A stretch of 64,000 bases of DNA from Vicugna vicugna (taxonomy: Eukaryota), in contig MU057930.1 of the NCBI GenBank assembly GCA_013265495.1, positions 718,298-782,297 on the forward strand. Direction: 5' to 3'. Below the pieces are notes generated by a model. The model was given only the letters and a program-made list of their open reading frames with translations. It ran no database searches and had not been told where the DNA came from. Positions 1-12,173 of this stretch are shown piece by piece. The stretch's first letter is position 1. Each line of letters opens with the position of its first letter. Position numbers and translations under genes: made by a program.

Positions 1-583
1 TTTTTTTTTTTTCCCTTCTGGGTAATATATACTTTATTTCCTCAAGGTTGGTAAGGCTGAACACTACTCAGGCAGAATTTCCAAAAGAGGAAATTGTAGA
101 AAGTCTGCCTTCCTGACGCCCTTCTGATTTTGGAGAGTGTCAGTCCAAGCTAGAATTTTCAATCTCCGCTGAATGACTTTTTTTTTTTGGCAATTGTCCC
201 CAAATGTAAAGGGGCTGAGCACCCACCTCTCCCTGCCTCCTTGCAAGACAACTCCACCCTGGGGGGGTGGGGGTGGCGGTGAGCACACATGCAGAGGCAG
301 GCGTGCCTGGGCTCAGAGCCCCACTTTGCTCTGCCGGCTCCCAACTCAGACCTGAGGCGGCATCAGCGTTGCAAAGGACTTTGTTCCGCGGAGCCCGCCA
401 GCCACACCCAGCCTCAGATCTGCAGGGATCCTTTGTTTGGGCAAAGAGGCTCCCGAGATAATGCTCCATCCAAGCAGGCTGAAATCACCGAGCAAATTAA
501 TTGTCAGCCATCTGACAAGAACCCTGGGGAGCTGGCCGTCCAAACTCCCTCTGTGATTTGTCTCATCAAAAGCACGTCCAGTG

Positions 584-700
584 CGGAGTGTAGAGCTCGG
601 TGGTAGAAGGGGTACTTAGCATGCATGAGGTCCTGGGGTCAATCCTCAGTCCCTGCACTAAAAAATAAACACCTAATGACGTCCCCCCACCAAAAATAAT
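584..700 (+). mobile_element. tRNA-derived SINE (camelid Vic-1 type)
   Basis: A-box-like GCTCGGTGGTAGA, B-box-like GGTCAATCC, A-rich linker and CCTAAT..CCCCC tail. Confidence 0.8.
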
Positions 701-2139
701 ATATGTATTTACCTCCCCGAATAAACCGCCTCGAGAGAATTCATACAGCGCCCGCCCGTTAGACGGGCTCATGACACCACAGCATCCATTTGCAGAATTT
801 TTGTGCATTTGAGCAGGGACGCTGTGAGACAGCGTGCTTTTGCTGTTAACTAGTTGGAAACGCCAGTGTGAATCCGCAAATGGGTACATGGGGGAAGCAG
901 CACAGAAGATGTGGAAGGTAGAGCTTTCTGGAAACGTGGAACCACCCAGCGGGCGGGGACCTCAGATGCCCACGATTCTAGCCTGGACAGTCCTCCTGGA
1001 AAATGGGACGGAAGGGGCTGAGCAGGTGTTGGGGAGGCCCCGGAAGCCCCTGGCAGGAGATAAAAGGCTGAGAGGAGCGCCCCCCGAGGTGTCCGACAGG
1101 GAACTCCCACCTGGGGACAAGCTGAGTCACGGGACTGGCAGCAAGACTCGGGGCTCCGCCTGACACCACAGGGCACACACCTTCTCTCCCGCCCACCCAC
1201 GGTCATGGCTGATAAAGGGTGTTCTGACGGGGCCAGCCTCGGGGACACTCAGGATGTTTGAATGGAAGACTCGCTGGATGACTTCAAAAGCATCCATGAC
1301 TAGTTACGTCTTCGCCAATTCGAATGTGACCCAAATGCCAAGTGGACTTCTGTTTCAGTGCCTTAAGGACGTAGAAAAAGATGTAGCATCGTGTCCACCT
1401 AACCCAGCGCAGGGTGGGAGACCCCACCCGTGAAACGCAAGGAAGTGCTCCTACAGTTGGAAGCTGCTTACAAAGCTCTCGCAGTGATGGTTTTATGCTT
1501 CAAATTCATGAACATTCTCAAGACCCCTGTGGAGCACTCCTCCCTCTCTGACCTGACCTCCGTCCCACAAGTGGGCACAAGCCTGGCTTCGGGGACTCCA
1601 CGTGCCCGCCCACCGCACCTCCCCGCCCTGGGGCCATGTGGCTCAGAGCTGCGGGTCGGAAGGTCCCTCCTGGGGCCGGAAGCTCCTGGAAGGTAAGGCT
1701 TTGTCATCCCACCTGTGAGCCATTCTGTCCCTGGGGCGCCCTTGCAACATCAGAACTGGTTCTGCGTGCTCGGCACAGGGGAGGGGCCCACGGAGGTGGC
1801 AATTAGCGGTGGACACCATTCCAGCCCCGCAGAAGAGGGCACAGACGTGACAGCCCCAATTAACTCATTAATTCCTTCCCCAGTGCTCGAGCGAGGGTGT
1901 ACACACACACACACACACACACGACGTGCAGCCCCATTCGTTGGTAAACAGATCCAGCATTTCTCCCTCTGTGTAGTCATGGAACAACTTTTCATTGTTA
2001 CCATGGTTTCCCCATTGATAGAAATCGATGCCGCTGGACCAGGACCGAGGCCACCCCGGGGGCAGCTGCCCAGCCCACCGCCTTCTCCAAAGTGGAGGCA
2101 CATTTCAGGCGAGGGGTGCACAGCTCGCTAGAAAAACCA

Positions 2140-2657
2140 GTGTGTGGCACACAGAGTAATGCCCACCCACCACAAAGATGGCCTCCTCCTGACCCCAGGA
2201 AGCTGGGGATGTATCTGTTTACACGGCAAAGGGGGAACTGAGTTTCAAGGAGCTGGTGCCAGATGCTAATCCCCTCATCCTCCCCAGGGAGATGACCCTG
2301 GGTTGACTGGGTGAGTCTAGCAGAATCACAAGGGTCCTCAGAAGCCTGAGTGAGACACGGGAGAGAGAAACAGAGATGGCAGCATGAGAAGGGATTGACC
2401 CAGCAATGCCGTCGTCAGTGATGGAGGAAGGCCATCAGCCACGGAATTCGGGCGAGTTCTAGAAGGTGAAAAAGGCAAGGAAACAGATTCTCCCCTGGAG
2501 CTTCCCAAAGAGACCCAGCTCTGCCCACACCTTGATTTTAACCCAGTCATCCCACATTCGGGTCCCTAACCCTTGGAACTGTAGAATAATAAAGCCATGT
2601 TGTTTTAAGCCACTGAGTTTGCGGTAATTTGTTACAGCTTCCATAGGACACAGAAAC
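2140..2657 (+). mobile_element. MaLR (MLT1-type) LTR
   Basis: GGCAAGGAAACAGATTCTCCCCTGGAGC, CACACCTTGATTTTA and TTGTTTTAAGCCACT..GGTAATTTGTTACAGC hallmarks. Confidence 0.85.
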
Positions 2658-2899
2658 GGTGGGAAGGACCACGAGAGAGATCAGAACAGGAGACCAATGA
2701 AGGATGACCTTGCAGAGGGTTTCTGCCGGGGCCCCACCCAGCCCTCAGCTCTCTAACTCAGGAGTCAGAACCAGGAGATGCTCTGTGCATCAAAGGGGTG
2801 ACTGCATGACAGGTCTGCTGAAAAGTGCAAACTCCAGATCCATGCAAGACCACCATCATCTGTCCTTGAAGATGAGATGAGCCTGCATTATGTTTGGAA

Positions 2900-4160
2900 A
2901 ATGATGATGGTGATGATGGTGACGGTGGTGACGATGATGATGATGGTGATGGTGATGGTGAGATGATAATGGTGGTGACGATGATGATGGTGGTGATGAT
3001 GATGGTGGTGATGATGTTGATGACTGGTGATGACGGTGATGGTGGTGTTGGTGATCACGGTGACAGTGGTGATGATGACAGTGGTGATGGTGGTGGTGGT
3101 GATGGTGGTGATGACAGTGATGATGGTGATGGTGGTGATGATGACAACAGTGATGAAGATAATGGTGATGGTGATGATGGCAATGGTGGTGGTGCTGGTG
3201 GTGTTTGCCTTGGTGAGGTGTGTCTACTTCCAATGAGCCGAATCTCCCTTGGGTGAAGCTCAGTTACTGCAGCATGGGAATCCCCAAGGGTCTGAGGTAT
3301 CATTTGATGCACTAAAAAGTTCACGGTGTTTTGGGCTGAATTGTGTCTTCCCACCTCTGAAGAATTTCATGTTAAGTCCTAACCACCAGGACCTCAGAAT
3401 GAGACTGCATTTGGTACAGGGTCTTCAGAGACATGATTAAGGTAAAATGAGGTGGCGGGGGGTTACATAGAGTGTGTGCCTAGCACACATGGGTTCAATC
3501 CCCAGAAGATGATGGTGATAATGGTGACTGTGGCAACGATGATGGTGACGGTGGCGACGATGATGATGATGATGATGGTGATGGTGATGATAATGGTGGT
3601 GACGATGATGATGGTGGTGATGATGATTGGTGATGATGATGATGGTGATGGTGGTGATAATGGTGGTGATGATGGTGATGGAGGTGGTGATAATGGTGGT
3701 GACGATGATGATGGTGGTGATGATGATGATGGTGATGGTGGTGATGGTGGTGATGATGATGGTGGTGATGATGTTGATGACCGGTGATGATGGTGGTGAT
3801 GATGTTGATGACCGGCGATGACGGTGATGGTGGTGTTGGTGGTGTTGGTGGTGTTGGTGATGACGGTGACAGTGGTGATCATGACAGTGGTGATGGTGGT
3901 GGTAGTGATGGTGGTGATGACAGTGATGATGGTGATGGTGATGATAACGGTGGTGATGATGGTGATGGAGGTGGTGATAATGGTGGTGACGATGATGATG
4001 GTGGTGATGATGTTGATGACCGGCGATGACGGTGAGAGTGGTGATGATGACAGTGGTGATGGTGGTGGTAGTGATGGTGGTGATGACAGTGATGATGGTG
4101 ATGGTGGTGATGATGGTGACAGTGATGAAGATAATGGCGATGGTGGTGGTGCCGGTGGTG
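2900..4160. repeat. (GAT/GGT)n low-complexity tracts (2900-3205 and 3505-4160)
   Basis: Directly visible; source of the spurious poly-His/Asp/Met ORFs. Confidence 0.95.
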
Positions 4161-4462
4161 TTTGCCTTGGTGAGGTGTGTCTACTTCCAATGAGCCGAAT
4201 CTCCCTTGGGTGAAGCTCAGTTACTGCAGCATGGGAATCCCCAAGGGTCTGAGGTATCATTTGATGCACTAAAAAGTTCACGGTGTTTTGGGCTGAATTG
4301 TGTCTTCCCACCTCTGAAGAATTTCATGTTAAGTCCTAACCACCACGACCTCAGAATGAGACTGCATTTGGTACAGGGTCTTCAGAGACATGATTAAGGT
4401 AAAATGAGGTGGCGGGGGGTTACATAGAGTGTGTGCCTAGCACACATGGGTTCAATCCCCAG
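3191..4462. repeat. Near-perfect direct duplication with 957-bp offset
   Basis: 3191-3505 matches 4148-4462 with about 2 mismatches seen. Confidence 0.9.
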
Positions 4463-4790
4463 ACCCTCCATTAAAAATAAATAAATAAAAACCTTATTAC
4501 CTCCCCCCAGTGCCAAAAAAACCCAAACAACAAAAAAAAAGTCTTTAAAAGGTAAAATGAGACTAGCAAAATGAGTGTGTTCTAGTCCAACAGGAGTCCA
4601 AGATGCGATTAGGACACAGACACAGAGGGATGACCACGTGAGGACACAGGGAGGAGAAGGACAGAGGTATCTCAGGAGGAACCAGCCCTGCTGACACCTT
4701 GATCTCAGATTCCAGCCTGCAGGACCGTGATTTCTGCTGTTTAAGCTTCCAAATCTGTGATACATGGTTTCTCTAAGCAATCTAACACAA
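4283..4790 (+). mobile_element. MLT1 (MLT1B-like) LTR, SINE-interrupted; its 5' part is duplicated at 3326-3452
   Basis: GGGCTGAATTGTGTC...CCTCAGAATG...AAGGTAAAATGAG...ACCAGCCCTGCTGACACCTTGATCTCAGA. Confidence 0.85.
4409..4548 (+). mobile_element. Vic-1-type SINE inserted in an MLT1 LTR with 13-bp TSD
   Basis: TSD AAGGTAAAATGAG at 4396-4408 and 4549-4561; GGGTTCAATCCCCAG B box. Confidence 0.85.
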
Positions 4791-5835
4791 CGGGATAAAC
4801 AAATGGGGTCCACATGCATACGAGGGAATATTACTCAGCCAGGAAAAGGTGTGAAGCTGTGACACAAGCTACAGCGTGGATGGACCTTGAACACAGGATG
4901 CTCAGAGAGAGAAGCAGATACAGAAAGACACATGGGGTGTGACTCCATTTATAGGAAACGCCCAGAACACGCAACTCCATAGACACGTGGATTAGTGGTG
5001 CCTGGGGCTGGGGGAGGGGGTGGAGAATCACTCTTTAATGGGTAGAAGATCCCTCTGGGATGACGGAAATGTTTTGCAATTAAGAGTTGGTGGTTGCCCA
5101 ACATTGTGAACGTGCAGAATGCCACTGAATTGTTGAATATAAAAAAATTTTACATTATGTGAATTTCAATTTTAAAAAAAAGTTTCATGATCAGAGAAAG
5201 ACAAACACTGTATCATCACTTATCTGTGGGATCGGAAAAAATAAACCAAACTAATGAACTTAACAAAAAGGAAATGGACTCATGGACACAGAGAACAATC
5301 TAGTGGTGACCAGTGGGGAGAGGAAAGAGGAGGAGGAGGGTAGGATAGAAGAAGGGGATTGAGAGGTACAAACTACTACATATAAAATAAATAAGCTACT
5401 TGCAAATATTCACACTATTGTGATTCTGTAATAATCAGGGAGGGCTAAACGTTCACTATATTAAGACCATGCACGTGTCCCCAGACCTAGCTCTTTTCCT
5501 TGGTCTGTTTTCACAAACGCTGGTGATAAACCAGATCTGATTTGTATGATGCATCTTACGTGGCCAATGTCTGTGACACCAGGTTATCAGATCAACCTCG
5601 AGCAATGACAGCACAGCTGGTGTGTGACAACTTTTGAAACCACCATTGCTAATGGGATGATTACCAGCTGCCATGAAACGAATCGTAACAAGAAAAAAAA
5701 AAGTTTAAAAACCCTACAAGGATATATTGTACGAGACAAGTTGCCTAGCCAATATTTTATAACCATACGTGGAGTGTAACCTTTGAAAAGTGTGAGTCAC
5801 TGTGCTGTGCACCTGTAACTTGGGTAACATCATAG
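4790..5835 (+). mobile_element. Cluster of old L1 3' fragments
   Basis: GGAATATTACTCAGCC..GGATGGACCTTGAA; TCAGAGAAAGACAAA..AAAATAAATAAGCTAC; CTACAAGGATATATTGTAC. Confidence 0.75.
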
Positions 5836-6734
5836 AAAAAACGTCTCGACAAGTGTCAGACGTGATGAAGATGGCGGAGGTGGCGCGAAGTGGTGGCAGG
5901 TGGCGGGAAGTAGGGAGAGGTGGTGATTAAGGTGCTAGTGATGATGGTGATTGTGCCCACGACGTCTCACAGATACGTCAAACTTAACACGCCCAGGACG
6001 GAACACTTGGTGTTTTCCCACCAAAGACGCCTCCACCCCTCCGAGCCCTCCCAAAATAACCCAACGGTACCACCTTTCTGATTCGTTAGCCCCAGAACCT
6101 TGGAAGCGGATGGCTGTACTCTGCCCCGCACGCCGTACGTGACCTTGCAAAAGCGAAACTTTATTTCCTGGTACTTCACTGTTCTTCCCAGCAAGAGCCA
6201 GCATTTGGACAGTTTCAAAGAAAAGGAAAAGGGGAAATGCTTCTCAATGGTGGCAAAGGTGGTGACACACAGGTGTTTGCCACAAAAAGAAAAACCTGGG
6301 GGAACTACCACGAAAGCCCCAGGGGAGTAACTCCCAAAGAGACGGAAGGAGGTTTACTGAGAATTCTGAAGACGCGTCTCCCAGGAAGAGCTCTGTGCTG
6401 ACAAGCTTCCAGGGAGCCGGGGCGGGGGTGGTAGCAGAGGGCAATGCTCTGTCATGGGACAGGGGAATGCATCCGCCCTCTGCATCCAGGGACAGAGCCG
6501 GCCTCCTTGGTGGGCCCGGGTGGTGGAGGGACCCATCGCAGAGCCAGGTCTGAGAGCAGCATCGAGGCCTCATGTCCCCATCCACATGGGTGCCCCCCAA
6601 GTCATCAGGGAGGGTTGTCCCCACACCCAGGGAGGCATTCGGGGAAACCAATTCACGGACGACGCGCTAAGGCCACGGGGAAGTCCGCTCTGCAGTCCTC
6701 TCTGGCAGGTGGAGGAGCTTCCTGGGGCTCCGGC

Positions 6735-7105
6735 TTTGTTGTGGCTTAAAATCACAGGAATTCATCTTCCCCGGAGTCCTGGAGACCTTAAGTCTGAGGT
6801 CAAGGTGTGGGCAGGTGGCCGCGCTCCCTCCCGAGGCTCCAGGGTAGGGTCCTTCCTGCGTCTTCCAGCTTCTGGGGGCTCCAGGCGTCCCTGGGCTGGT
6901 GGCCGCCTCCCTCCCGTCTTCACGTGGCGTCTCCTCTGTGTCTCTCCTCCTCTGTCTCTTCTAAGGACACTGTCCTTGGATGCAGGGCCACCTCCTCCAG
7001 GACGACCTCCTCTCAGGTCCTTCACATCATCATGTCTGCAAACACCTTGTTTCTAAATTAGGTCCCTTCCTGAGGTCCCAAGATGGTATGAATTTTTGAG
7101 GGGGC
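6735..7105 (-). mobile_element. GC-rich MLT1-type LTR
   Basis: TCTGAGGTCAAGGTGT..CCTCTTCCAGCTTCTGG-type motifs; near-identical to 31775-32200. Confidence 0.8.
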
Positions 7106-10100
7106 AGGAGACCGGTGTACGGAGACTTCAGCCAACCCAGCACAGCAGGCTGTGTGTGCACGTGTCTGTGACCCGCCTGCCCACCCCCGTCTCTCTCACT
7201 GACTGAATGGCTGTCCTCCCAGTTTGTCCTCATCGGCCCTCTCCCATCCCACACTTTCTTTCCACCAGCCCATTTCCTCCTCTCCTCTTGAGCAGGAACT
7301 GTTGTCTCTCCATCTCCTAACCTTCTCTTCCCAAAGTCCCCCCAATCCGTCCCCCTTGGAGATGGAAACTGAAAAGGAAAAGTGCAGAAAATGTCACTGG
7401 AACAGGCAAACCTTCGGAGACAGCAGGCAGACGGGGCTTGCCGGCCGCTGGAGCGGTGGGAAACGGGGAATGACTGCTCACAGGTGCGAGGTGTCCGCTG
7501 ACGGTGACAAAAATGTTCTGGAACCAGGCAGCTGGGCTGGCTGGGCAACTATGAATGTTTGAAATGCCACTGGACGGTCCACTTTCGAATGGTTCCTTCT
7601 ACGCTGTCTGAATTTCATTTCAATTTTTTTTTTTTAATGAGGAAGCTCAGCCTGAAGGAACTCTTAATTCCATCTAATTTTCTAAGTCCCTGCAATGCTC
7701 TTAAATTGCAACTACCATTCACGGCGCTGAACCCACATCCTCCAAAGCACCCACACGAGATGAATATGCTTAGAAGGCAGGGGCAATTTTCTGGGTATCG
7801 CTGAGCAAAAAACATGCCCTTCCAATTGCTTCTGTCCACCCTGTCCCCATGCCAGTCACTCACGTGCACGGCAAAAATGTCACCAGTCCGGATTCCACCC
7901 AACCCAGGGGTGTGCGCGGGTGATGCTTGGGGAGGAAATGACAGCCCAGGTGGGAGACAGGGCATAAAAAAAGGGGGGGGGCGATTCTGGGGAACCAAAA
8001 CTGTAGGAGAGAACCCTACCAGTGTGGAGGAAAAGGACCACCAGAGCTTTCAGACAGAACAGTGTCTGATGAATTATTCATCACGGAAGGTCTTCTAGAG
8101 CTTAAAAAACTGCGACTTTCCACTGGTGCAATGTGTGTGATAGTAAACAAAACACAAAATAAAGTGTCCGGCATGGGCACGTGGTCCGTGGTGAGGCAGT
8201 GGGTTTTGTGCCTTGATTTCCGCAGTGATGGCCGCCCAGGATAAGACTGTACAAAACCACACATGTACCCCAACTCCAAAACTCAGAAGTTTCACTGAAA
8301 AGTGGGAGCTCTGAACAGGGTCTGTGGTCTCTTAGTAGGATGCTGAGGTCCTGGTAAAAAGATCACGCTACAGTTACGGAGAATGTCAAAAAAATTCATG
8401 AAGGATGCCGGACGGACTGCAGGTGAGGGGTTGGGGAACCCCCTGTGCATTTATCTTATTTCAGAACATTTCTTTCTAACAGCACGATCGTGCGTGCTCA
8501 CGGCCAGAACTCAAGCGCGGTTACACGGACCAGGAACGTGGACAAGGGGGGCTGCAGCCCATTTCCTCTGTCACAGGCGATGTGGCCAAGGAGGTGGAGT
8601 GTTTCAACCTATGAAATCACAGTTTAGCCGCGACGGGCCCCAGGGTGCCGTCCATGCTCTTTGAAAAAGACCCATCTTGAGATTTTTCGCCCACACAAGC
8701 CGAGCATCCTTCCCAAACTGGATTTGCGGAGAAGCTGTCAATCTAGAAACACAGACCATCTCCCACAGACAGTGTGTGCAGGAGCACAGGAGGAGGACAC
8801 GTGAGACCACACAATCCCCAGCTTGCGTCCTTATTCTGCCTCCAAGGTGTCGTGGTCACCCTGTGAACGTGGCCGTCTTCCCAACTGGGTCTTGGCTCAC
8901 GGTGCCTCCTGCCGGGGTCTCGCCATCTGCAAAGCCACCGCCGGTATGATTGCTCCCTCAGGCAGAAGCACACCTGTGTCCACCTGCTGCCTCTGCGCTG
9001 AGATGTCGGCGTCACTGCAACCGTCTTTGGGGCATTGTGAGTCAGCAATTCTGTCCCCCAGGGGCCTCCCCCGGGGGGTCCAGCTCACAGCGAAAAGGGA
9101 GGAAAGAAAAAAACAAAAAAGCTCACCCACAGGGGTGGAGATCAGAGCAGATAAAAATGCACAACTGTGTGGAGCCAGGACTTAAAACATCCAAAGTGGG
9201 GGTGGGGGACAAGCCCAGTCAGCATGGTCCTTCCAGCCTGACTCATTCTGGAAGTGTCTGAGGGGTGGGGACTGTAGAGCATTAAGAAAGGTGGAGAGGT
9301 TTGCGAGCAGGGGGTGGGTGGGGGGGTGGTCTGGTGCTTGTTTGGGTTTTGCTTTGTGTGTGGAGAACAGCCTTGCTCAGCTGGAACGCTGCACACAGAA
9401 CGCCCTCAGGCGATGCAGAGCCGCCGTGGGTGCCTGCCTGCAATGGGGGAGTTAGGAACGGACCGGGGGTGGGGGGCGCCCAGGATCATTTAAAAGGGAA
9501 CTCAGTCTTCTGAGCTGGAAGCTTAGGATGAAGAGACGTCAAGCCGGGGCTGAGTGGGTTATTATTTGCAGACTGTGTTTAACCTTGCGATCTGAAGTTA
9601 CTGGTGACTGTGAAAGCTCTGGAGAGTTTGGGAATTTTTTTAAAGTTTATTCCCAGTCTCAGATTTATCACGCTCAGATTAATCTTTAATACTGAAGAAA
9701 GAGGTTTTGCTGAAAGGTGATAAAAAGTCAACAAAGCTGCAAAGTAACACACACACCACACACACAGACACACACGCACATCTGAGTCCCAGGCCCCTGC
9801 TGGTCCAACATCCTGAACATGGGTGACCTGGCTCTCCCTTCTCACCCTTGGGGCCCACAGGAAGTTATCCTTGAGGAACAAGCATCTTCATTAAGAAAGG
9901 CAAAGACAACTGCAGAGCTCATTCCTCCCTGCTCCGCACCTCTTGGTCCCCAGGGGGAGTGACAGTCTATTTTTAAGGACAAGACGACTCACCGGGCACC
10001 CTATACCCACCTGGCAGATCCCCCACAGGCCCACCCCAGCCGCCCTCAACTCCAGGACTGCAGACCACACGTTGCATCATGTCTCCAGCCACCTCCCCGC

Positions 10101-11503
10101 CACACACACCTCCCCGGGCCCCGCCCAGTGCCCCGGCACCTTTCACAAGAGACCTGCCTAAGTGGCCCGAGGAGAGACAGTTGCTGGAGCCGTGCGCCAA
10201 GGGCTGGCAGGTCCTGCAGTGACTTTCCACTGTTGGCTTGTGTTTCCACCTATCGGTGTGACTGCACGGGTCTGGGTTACTGCCCCTACTCTGCGGCCCT
10301 GCCAAACACAGCCAGCTTTTACATCAGCCCAGCCCAGCGTCCCACAGGGAGGGAGAGGCAGACGGAGAAAGAGACCAAGAAAAAGAAAGGCGGAGAGAAA
10401 GAGAAGATGCAGACGTTGGGAGGGGTCCCTGGTGACCCCTTCCTCACCAGCAAGAGAAAACCAAAGGAAAACAGAAGGCTTCAATGCCACTCTGGCGGTG
10501 CCTCTCCGTCTTATTAAAACCAAGCCACTACCTTGAGCCCAGTGCTTTCTCCTTTCCAAAGGAGGAGGACGAGGACCTCAAAAAGTGCCTGAACACCCCT
10601 GTCCCATAGTCACACAGGGCGTGCCCCCCTTCCCCATTCACTCTTCCTGACAAGCAGCAGGCTGGCAGAGCCCACTTAGCAACAAGTTGCTAAGAAGCCA
10701 CAGGCTGGCTGGTGCCGGCAGCCTGAATCCAGCGCCCCCGTGGGGTCGGGATGTTCTGACCCCACTCAGGGCGGGCCCCGTAAACAAACACCTCTTGGGG
10801 TCCAGGCGCCCAAGAAACCGGAAAGCTTTACCTCCAGCTGCCTAACAGTGGCTAGGTTCAAAGGCAGACGACAAAAGGAAATGTGTGTCCGAGAAGAGAA
10901 TGCCAAGTTTCGGGTGCACAGAAGAAAAGCACCGCGGTGTGAAGATACGTGTAATGCACCGCCAACGCTGCCCAGCGCCCCCAAAATGCCACGGGATACC
11001 CGAGCCCCAAACCCAGGAGAAGGTCTGAAGTCCACGCGGGCGCATCCTGCCGCCAGGCAGAGGGGGAGGCTGGCCGAGGTGAGGTCTGCCGGTGCCTTCC
11101 CGGGCGCCGCCTCCGTCCCTGAGCGTCGCTGCCTGGGGGGCGCGCGAGGTCCCCAATGTGAGTGACCCCCCCCAGGAAGTTCTGTGAAGTCGGGGTGCCC
11201 AGACACCGGGGTGGCCGGTGAGGGGCGGGCGGGGAGGTTAAGTAAGGACCTCAAGGTTAAGTAAGGCCCTGGGGAGACGCAGGGCGGAGCCCCCGCAGGC
11301 GGGGAGGCTCGCGGGGCGCGGGGTGGAGCCCTCCGAGTCTCGGGGAGCCGGGGGGGCCCCGGGCGCGGGGCAGCCGCGCGCGAGGACCCCGAGCGGGCGG
11401 GACCAGGCCCCCGCGGGCGGCGGCTCCCGAGCGCTTTGTCTGACGCCGGCGTCCCGGACGGCGCCCCGCGCCCCTGCGGCGGGGCCCCGCGCGGCGCACT
11501 CAC

Positions 11504-11645
11504 CCACGGTGGCCAGCGTGTCGAAGTCCTGCAGGCGGTAGGCGGGCGCCTCGGGGCCGGGGACGCGCGCGGGCGCCCCGTCGGGGGCGGCCCCCGGGCC
11601 CTCCCGGGAGTCGGCGGCCGCCGCGGCCGGCCCGGGAGCCTCCAT
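11504..11645 (-). CDS. PRKX: PRKX coding exon 1 (cAMP-dependent protein kinase catalytic subunit PRKX)
   Basis: ATG at 11645 reads MEAPGPAAAAADSREGPGAAPDGAPARVPGPEAPAYRLQDFDTLATV-G and ends at a phase-1 G|GTGAGT donor (47 codons + 1 nt). This matches the PRKX N-terminus (MEAPG...YSLQDFDTLATVG, just before the TGTFG glycine loop). Confidence 0.95.
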
Positions 11646-11672
11646 GGGGGCGCGCTCAGGTCCCGGGCGCCG

Positions 11673-12173
11673 NNNNNNNNNNNNNNNNNNNNNNNNNNNN
11701 NNNNNNNNNNNNNNNNNNNNNNNNNNNNNNNNNNNNNNNNNNNNNNNNNNNNNNNNNNNNNNNNNNNNNNNNNNNNNNNNNNNNNNNNNNNNNNNNNNNN
11801 NNNNNNNNNNNNNNNNNNNNNNNNNNNNNNNNNNNNNNNNNNNNNNNNNNNNNNNNNNNNNNNNNNNNNNNNNNNNNNNNNNNNNNNNNNNNNNNNNNNN
11901 NNNNNNNNNNNNNNNNNNNNNNNNNNNNNNNNNNNNNNNNNNNNNNNNNNNNNNNNNNNNNNNNNNNNNNNNNNNNNNNNNNNNNNNNNNNNNNNNNNNN
12001 NNNNNNNNNNNNNNNNNNNNNNNNNNNNNNNNNNNNNNNNNNNNNNNNNNNNNNNNNNNNNNNNNNNNNNNNNNNNNNNNNNNNNNNNNNNNNNNNNNNN
12101 NNNNNNNNNNNNNNNNNNNNNNNNNNNNNNNNNNNNNNNNNNNNNNNNNNNNNNNNNNNNNNNNNNNNNNNNN
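11673..12173. other. Assembly gap (501 N) covering the probable PRKX 5'UTR/TSS
   Basis: Run of N starting 28 nt upstream of the ATG. Confidence 0.99.

Larger units (their letters stand above)
1..11503 (-). other. PRKX: PRKX intron 1 (continues past the window start)
   Basis: Lies downstream of the GTGAGT donor on the minus strand. No kinase exon 2 (TGTFGRVHLVK) was seen in 1-11503. Confidence 0.8.

Noticed and set aside
2856..4311. Poly-His, Asp/Gly and Met/Val ORFs
   Set aside because: Translations of (GAT/GGT)n low-complexity DNA, open in many frames.
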